Below are positions 7,923-12,550 of a stretch of 12,550 nt of DNA, piece by piece. The translations under genes and the position numbers were made by a program. How positions within the stretch are numbered: the stretch's first letter is position 1; every line of letters starts with the position of its first letter. This stretch comes from Promethearchaeota archaeon. GTDB taxonomy: Archaea > Asgardarchaeota > Odinarchaeia > Odinarchaeales > JBHLKK01. Location: assembly GCA_048939465.1 (NCBI GenBank), contig JBHLPL010000055.1, positions 1 through 12,550 on the forward strand. The letters run 5' to 3'. The notes under the pieces were generated by a model. That model made no database searches and was not told where the DNA came from. It was given only the letters and a program-made list of their open reading frames with translations.

Positions 7923-8849
7923 TCATAATAGGAGCGATAGTATCGCCTTTTGAGCGTGAAGTCGATTTTCAGCTTGATCCCAAACAATTGAATTTGGGCC
8001 ATAAAAAACCTCATCTGTAACTTCATTCTTCTCACGAGGAAGACAGTGCATAAACAAGTAACTTCCATGGGCAGAAGAACATAGTTCCTCGGTTACTTGA
8101 AACGAACTAAAATCCTTTTTGCGTTTTTCAGCTTCTTTTTCTTGTCCCATGCTGACCCAAACATCAGTATAAACTATGTCTGCGTCTTTAACAGCAGCCT
8201 CAGATGAATTAACAATCTCTATCTTAGAGCCGGAAATTGCTGCATTTTTCTTGGCAAGCCCTAGGACTCCTTGCGCCGGTTCATACCCTTTCGCAGTTCC
8301 AACACTTATATCCATTCCTACTTTGCTGCATCCGATTAATAAGGAATTACAAACATTGTTCCCATCTCCCAGGAATGCCAATTTCAGATCTTTCAGTTTT
8401 GTTCTTCTCTCTTTTATTGTTAGAAGATCTCCCAATATTTGACAGGGATGAAATAGGTCTGATAAGCCGTTGATAACAGGAATCTCTGCATTCTCGGCGA
8501 ACTCCTCAAGACCATCGTGAGAGAAGACTCTCGCCATTATGCCGTCTACGTATCTGTCTAAGACACGAGCAGTATCTGATATTGGTTCCCCGCGCCCGAG
8601 TTGGATATCGTTCCATCCTAGATAGATACTACGTCCTCCTAACTGATACATTGCCACCTCAAATGAGACTCTGGTTCTGGTAGATGGTTTCTGGAAAATC
8701 ATTGCTAACGTCTTCTCCTGAAGAAGTCTGTGCCCTGACTCTCCAGTAGTCTTCCTCTTTAAGCTACTCGCAGTGTCCAGCATCAAGTTGATATCTTCTT
8801 GCGTAAAATCCTGTAGTGTCAAAAAATCTCTCCCTCTAATGCTTTGCAT
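7923..8849 (-). CDS. argF: Ornithine carbamoyltransferase
   Basis: FQKPSTRTR, HPCQ, GDGNNV, DVWVSMGQE, HCLP, QAENRLHAQKA. Confidence 0.96.
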   Translation of the reverse strand: MQSIRGRDFLTLQDFTQEDINLMLDTASSLKRKTTGESGHRLLQEKTLAMIFQKPSTRTRVSFEVAMYQLGGRSIYLGWNDIQLGRGEPISDTARVLDRYVDGIMARVFSHDGLEEFAENAEIPVINGLSDLFHPCQILGDLLTIKERRTKLKDLKLAFLGDGNNVCNSLLIGCSKVGMDISVGTAKGYEPAQGVLGLAKKNAAISGSKIEIVNSSEAAVKDADIVYTDVWVSMGQEKEAEKRKKDFSSFQVTEELCSSAHGSYLFMHCLPREKNEVTDEVFYGPNSIVWDQAENRLHAQKAILSLLL

Positions 8850-8899
8850 GCTTCTTTCCCCTCATCATATCTCTCATAATTAGCATTCTAGTATCCCCT

Positions 8900-9802
8900 T
8901 CATGACAAAATAAGGTTTACAAACTCCTCCGGCTCGAATTTTCTTAAATCTTCATATCTTAGACCGGTTCCCACATAAATTATTGGCTTCTTTGTTATGT
9001 AAGCTATAGAAAGGGCAGCTCCACCTTTTACATCTGCATCTATTTTGGTGAGAACTGAAGCGTCAATTTTCACTGCCTCGCTGAACTCCTTAGCTTGTGA
9101 TACTGCGTCATTGCCAGCTAGAGCATCACCTACAAAGATAACAAGATCGGCGTCGGAAACTCTCACGATCTTTCTCATTTCATCCATTAGGTTTTTGTTG
9201 GTCTGAACGCGTCCTGCCGTGTCAACTAAGACTGTTTTTATATTCCTAGCTCTCGCGTAATTTGCAGCATCATAAGCGACAGCTGCCGCGTCTGCGCCAT
9301 AATCATGCTTTATTATGCGAACTCCAAGTTTCTCCGCGTGCTTCTCTAATTGCTCAATACTTCCCGCACGGAATGTGTCACTGGCTGCCATGACTACTGA
9401 ACAGTTCTTTTTCTGAAGTAATCTGGCGAATTTGGCTATGGTGTGGGTCTTTCCAACACCGTTAAATCCCACAAAAACGATCACAAATGGATCTTTCTTT
9501 TTCTTTACGAGCTCAACCAGGTCTATCCTATTGTTGTCTTTTATTCTCAATGCCTCGTGAATGACCTCTCTAAGCGCTTCTTCCACGTAGTTCTTCGTAT
9601 CCTCCAGGCGCCCTATCCTAGTACCAACGAGTTTGCTTTTGAGATCTTCTGCAATCATATCTGCGACAGTCACAGCCACATCATTACCAATAAGTTCCAT
9701 TTTCAACTCGTAAAGAGCCTTCTCTAATCTCTTTTCATTGAGTTCTTTTGTGGCGATTTTTCCCTTGAAACTTCTTAAGCTTTGCTTAAGTTTCTCGAAC
9801 AT
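8900..9802 (-). CDS. ftsY: SRP receptor FtsY (NG domain only, 300 aa)
   Basis: GFNGVGKT P-loop, DTFRAGSIEQL, DTAGR, TKID, GGAALS. Confidence 0.97.
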   Translation of the reverse strand: MFEKLKQSLRSFKGKIATKELNEKRLEKALYELKMELIGNDVAVTVADMIAEDLKSKLVGTRIGRLEDTKNYVEEALREVIHEALRIKDNNRIDLVELVKKKKDPFVIVFVGFNGVGKTHTIAKFARLLQKKNCSVVMAASDTFRAGSIEQLEKHAEKLGVRIIKHDYGADAAAVAYDAANYARARNIKTVLVDTAGRVQTNKNLMDEMRKIVRVSDADLVIFVGDALAGNDAVSQAKEFSEAVKIDASVLTKIDADVKGGAALSIAYITKKPIIYVGTGLRYEDLRKFEPEEFVNLILS

Positions 9803-9848
9803 TTGCTCTCCCCCGCTATGCTACGGCAAAAACACGATTACGTCAGAA

Positions 9849-10262
9849 TCATTTGGGCTTACGCAACAGCTCCTCTACTTGTGGTCTAATCTCGTAGATT
9901 TTATTTTGAATCTGCCTAAGCTGTATTTTTAGAGAAGCTGATGCCTTAACTAGTTCTTCCTGTCTCTCCTCTAATCTTTTGATAGCCTTTTCTACCTCGG
10001 TTTCGATGACAACACCTGCTCCTATCCCCAAGGTGACTTTGTCTGTATCCTCAAATCGAGCTTTGATATAAGAATTGGAACCAATTGGGGCAAGGAATTC
10101 TTGGTCTGCTTTTTTACTCTTGAATTCCTCGAGGGTGAACTTTGTAATATTGAGTTCAGCAATTACGGAAGATACTAGCTCAATCCGTTTTTGAAGGGAA
10201 GTGGCTTGAACCTCGTATGCGTTAAGTTCTGCAACTGCTTTTCTAATCTTGTCTTCGGACAT
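9849..10262 (-). CDS. pfdA: Prefoldin alpha subunit
   Basis: Coiled coils flanking the beta-hairpin FLAPIGSNSYIKA..KVTLGIGAGVVIE; canonical LX-pfdA-ftsY order. Confidence 0.93.
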   Translation of the reverse strand: MSEDKIRKAVAELNAYEVQATSLQKRIELVSSVIAELNITKFTLEEFKSKKADQEFLAPIGSNSYIKARFEDTDKVTLGIGAGVVIETEVEKAIKRLEERQEELVKASASLKIQLRQIQNKIYEIRPQVEELLRKPK

Positions 10263-10282
10263 TCTCTACACATCCCCGCAGA

Positions 10283-10480
10283 TTAACTTGATGCCTCTTC
10301 TATCTCTTCGATTGCTTTTATTCTTACGTTTCTTCTTCTTACACGATGGTTGCTGCCTAGATCCATGTAGATCTTCTCTATAGCATCCTCTTTTTTCAGG
10401 GCTCTTATTACTTTGGAAAAATCGTAGATACGATCTTTCTTCTTGAATACTCCCTTGATTATGAAGTCTTTGACGCTCAT
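10283..10480 (-). CDS. rplX: Ribosomal protein LX/eL20 (L18a)
   Basis: FSKVIRALKKEDAIEKIYMDLGSNHRVRRRNVRIKAIEEI; conserved gene position. Confidence 0.92.
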   Translation of the reverse strand: MSVKDFIIKGVFKKKDRIYDFSKVIRALKKEDAIEKIYMDLGSNHRVRRRNVRIKAIEEIEEASS

Positions 10481-10556
10481 GCTTATCTACACCATACAGG
10501 TAGACCTCATCCAAAAGGATTGAGACAAATTGCACTGAGTCTAAATGCGCTCTCTG

Positions 10557-10575
10557 ATATTAAATTTTGGGTAAG
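10557..10575 (-). promoter_or_regulatory. Putative BRE/TATA promoter for rplX-pfdA-ftsY; possibly bidirectional
   Basis: Minus strand CTTACCCAAAA-TTTAATAT about 80 nt upstream of the rplX ATG; the same 11-mer occurs upstream of rpl1. Confidence 0.5.
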
Positions 10576-10938
10576 GTACTTTCAAAATGCTAAAAGGGAG
10601 GGAGAAGCTACTTGCAGAACCTGAGAATAATCCACTATTATCTAAACCACCTCAAGGAGACCTCGTTCGAAAGGGCGTAGACGAATTGAGCAGTCTTTGG
10701 ATGCTTTTATACTAAACATGTTAATAGGTCTGAAGACACCTCTCTCTGATGCGGAAACGGTTAATGACCTATGAAGAAAGGCGAGGTAAACCCGATAGCC
10801 AGAAGCTATATGCAGATTAGCAGGCCAGGGCGCTGCAAACTGCCCTCTGAATTGACTTGCGGTGAAATCAAAGTCAGGAAGGGAATTGCGGTCAAGCACA
10901 GCCGTAAGCTCTTCGTGTAAGGGACGAGTAGCTTACTC
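10569..10938 (+). ncRNA. Candidate structured ncRNA of unknown family between eIF6 and rplX
   Basis: Ends pair: GGGUAAG-G-UACUU (10569-10581) with GAGUA-G-CUUACUC (10926-10938), 12 bp with 2 G-U pairs valid only on the plus strand. Internal helices: CGUUC-GAAA-GGGCG (10664-10677) inside CUCAA/UUGAG (10651-10690), AUAGGUC/GACCUAU (10724-10772), AGGGCG/UGCCCU (10827-10846), UUGACUU/AAGUCAG (10852-10877). About 46% GC (hand count). Confidence 0.45.
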
Positions 10939-11606
10939 TATTCTATGTCCAGTGCTTCTCCTATTCTGACAAGTTCTGGTCCGGTTGTTTCAAATCCCGC
11001 AATTGCTCCATGGGAGTTTGCCAGAAGTCCTGCTCTTACGTAAAATACACCACGATTTGTGGTTCCAATATTTACCGGAACTTTCAGAATCTCTCTTATT
11101 TGCTGTAGTTCTTCTTCGGATGCATGGGGGGCGGCAAGAACTCCTCTATTTGTAGCAACTGCCAATGAGCCCACTAACGGCGAAAGACCTATTCTGCCTT
11201 TCTGACCTTCTACATCAAGCGTCTCTTCAATAGACTTTACTGCCTGTGGTTCAAGTTTGGGATGAAGAATTGCACCGTAATCATTACAGAGGACAATATT
11301 ACCAAAGCAAGTTAATTTGCTTGGGATTATTCCAATATTTAGATCTGTATTCTTCTTGATATGTAGCATTTCACTTTCCATCGCATAATAGGGCAAGATT
11401 ATCCCGTTGGAATTCCCTGCTGAAAGTACCCCGATCAGAGAGCTTTGACCAATATTCGCTTCTATGAGGGAAACTTTGAGAGTCTCTTCCACTACTTTGG
11501 GGATTCTTTTTGGAAGGCCACGCCGCACAAGTACGAAATTATCGTTGGCAAACGAAAAAACTCCCAAATTTGGCGTTCCTAGGAAGTCCAGACGCTGAAT
11601 AGCCAA
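10938..11606 (-). CDS. eif6: Translation initiation factor 6 (aIF6)
   Basis: FLGTPNLGVF, GNIVLCNDYGAILHP, VGSLAVATNRGVL, GTTNRG..VRAGLLANSHG..TTGPEL; TTG start. Confidence 0.97.
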   Translation of the reverse strand: MAIQRLDFLGTPNLGVFSFANDNFVLVRRGLPKRIPKVVEETLKVSLIEANIGQSSLIGVLSAGNSNGIILPYYAMESEMLHIKKNTDLNIGIIPSKLTCFGNIVLCNDYGAILHPKLEPQAVKSIEETLDVEGQKGRIGLSPLVGSLAVATNRGVLAAPHASEEELQQIREILKVPVNIGTTNRGVFYVRAGLLANSHGAIAGFETTGPELVRIGEALDIE

Positions 11607-11610
11607 AGAA

Positions 11611-11892
11611 TCACACCTCGGCTAATAAGACCTCGACAACACCATCAATATCTTTGGTTGCTCTGACCTTGATTTTATGAGGAGGTTTTTCTATTCCCCT
11701 TTCCCATATTTTTTCATTGACGTCTGGATTTATGAGAACTGTATCGGCTTTCATGTGGCGAGAAATATACTCTTTCAGTATCTTAACAGCTTTCTTAGCT
11801 CTGCTCTTGGGTTTGATATATTTGATGACTTTGTGTATTGGTACTGTGTAAATTCGCTCCTCAACAATTTCTTTGCCTGGTTTCTCAGACAA
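11611..11892 (-). CDS. rpl31e: Ribosomal protein eL31
   Basis: ERIYTVP, RAKKAVKILKEYISRHMK, NEKIWERGIEKPPHKIKVR; SD GAGGTGA (11905-11899) and TTG start. Confidence 0.96.
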   Translation of the reverse strand: MSEKPGKEIVEERIYTVPIHKVIKYIKPKSRAKKAVKILKEYISRHMKADTVLINPDVNEKIWERGIEKPPHKIKVRATKDIDGVVEVLLAEV

Positions 11893-11905
11893 CTTCTGTC
11901 ACCTC

Positions 11906-12061
11906 TTAAGGCTTTATCCTTGTCCTCCTCCAAAGTCTTCTTTTTGGATGCATTCTGACCCTTCCCCTGGTCTTCACAATAACCCAAGTTGGGACGCTTT
12001 TGTTTTCGGTAAGAGCATGTCCAAGTCTGAGCTTCTTCCCCAAAGGCTTGTTTCTTGCCAT
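11906..12061 (-). CDS. rpl39e: Ribosomal protein eL39 (51 aa; absent from the ORF track)
   Basis: Hand translation [51 protein letters not shown]; ATG 12061, TAA 11908-11906. Confidence 0.96.
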   Translation of the reverse strand: MARNKPLGKKLRLGHALTENKSVPTWVIVKTRGRVRMHPKRRLWRRTRIKP

Positions 12062-12077
12062 GGCAATCGTCTACCCT

Positions 12078-12422
12078 TTATCTGAATTTAATGCGTATAT
12101 CCCTCTTTTTGCTCTGCAATCTAGCTAGCAGAGTTTTGAACTCTTCATCTGACATCGGAAGCGAATAGCCTGATCGAACTAGTTGCCCATTTTGAGCCAG
12201 TCTTATTAGCTGAATCTCAACTTGCTCAGCAAATTCAGGCTTAACCATCTTGATATTTGTTAGTCTGCTTCTGGCCTCCGGTGATAGAATTGAGCGCAGA
12301 AGCTTCTCTTTTTGTGTTTCCATCTCTTTTCGGAGTTGTTCTTTACCTTGTGCCTCTTCTATCTGTTGCCGGAGTTGCATTAATTTCCTTTGTCGGATCA
12401 TCTCCAACTCTTCGTCCGACAA
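12078..12422 (-). CDS. pdcd5: PDCD5/TFAR19-family DNA-binding protein
   Basis: DEELEMIRQRKL, LRSILSPEARSRLTNIKMVKPEFAEQVE, DEEFKTLL; SD GGAGG (12435-12431), TTG start; canonical position after rps19e. Confidence 0.93.
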   Translation of the reverse strand: MSDEELEMIRQRKLMQLRQQIEEAQGKEQLRKEMETQKEKLLRSILSPEARSRLTNIKMVKPEFAEQVEIQLIRLAQNGQLVRSGYSLPMSDEEFKTLLARLQSKKRDIRIKFR

Positions 12423-12434
12423 TATATTCTCCTC

Positions 12435-12550
12435 CTAATCCTTACTCCTCTTCTGGAGCGTTTGGTAAATTCTGTGCGCAGTCATGTCTAGAAGGGAACG
12501 TCCTTTAGGCGTAAGCAGCCTTCCTTTCTTCTCCTCTGCTTGTACGAGCC
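12435..12550 (-). CDS. rps19e: Ribosomal protein eS19, C-terminal fragment (5'-truncated by the window edge)
   Basis: Hand translation LVQAEEKKGRLLTPKGRSLLDMTAHRIYQTLQKRSKD*, matching the eS19 GRxLTPKGRSLLD motif; TAG 12437-12435. Confidence 0.9.
   Translation of the reverse strand, partial: LVQAEEKKGRLLTPKGRSLLDMTAHRIYQTLQKRSKD

Noticed and set aside
10266-10535. 89-aa minus-strand ORF overlapping rplX
   Set aside because: Alternate frame of a conserved ribosomal protein gene.
10660-10680. tRNA T-arm-like GTTCGAA
   Set aside because: No G53-C61 closing pair, acceptor stem or anticodon arm; better explained as a GAAA tetraloop hairpin.
10745-10760. Hammerhead-like CUGAUG..GAAAC, and group II intron domain V-like AGCCGUAAGC near 10900
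   Set aside because: No stem II or CUGANGA core; the AGC triad has no pairing partner and no other intron domains are evident.
10642-10899. 85-aa minus-strand ORF between eif6 and rplX, and short plus-strand ORFs 10587..10715 and 10771..10920
   Set aside because: GTG start without SD, no recognisable motif, and a pyrimidine-rich sense strand unlike real genes here. Not excluded without a homology search.
11775-11987. 70-aa minus-strand ORF suggesting an rpl39e frameshift or readthrough
   Set aside because: rpl39e is intact in its own frame (CAT CCA AAA AGA AGA CTT TGG ... TAA); this ORF is an alternate frame.
1-12550. CRISPR arrays, transposases, rRNA/tRNA genes, Sec/Pyl recoding
   Set aside because: None seen; no in-frame internal stops were found in the identified genes.

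Overview
Archaeal housekeeping superoperon, all genes on the minus strand. Reading from the right edge: rps19e (3' fragment), PDCD5-like DNA-binding protein, rpl39e (missed by the ORF track), rpl31e, eIF6, a ~455 nt gap, rplX/eL20, prefoldin alpha, ftsY, argF, dtdA, ftsZ, secE, spt5, rpl11, a ~495 nt gap, rpl1, rplP0, rpl12/P1, alaS (runs off the left edge; not in the ORF track). Long plus-strand ORFs are antisense shadows. The unexplained parts are the two gaps, which interrupt normally tight junctions. Each holds a ~300-370 nt non-coding segment whose G-U pairs and GNRA tetraloops mostly favour a plus-strand (antisense) structured RNA. Each segment begins at the same 11-mer (TTTTGGGTAAG) next to a BRE/TATA-like box. 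By eye neither fits canonical SRP or RNase P RNA. Protein-level oddities: tail-less P0, eukaryote-like HCLPR segment in OTCase, GGK insertion in AlaRS motif 2, poly-Glu tail on Spt5, frequent TTG starts. All folds and family calls were made by hand; no searches were run. Lineage cannot be fixed from this window.
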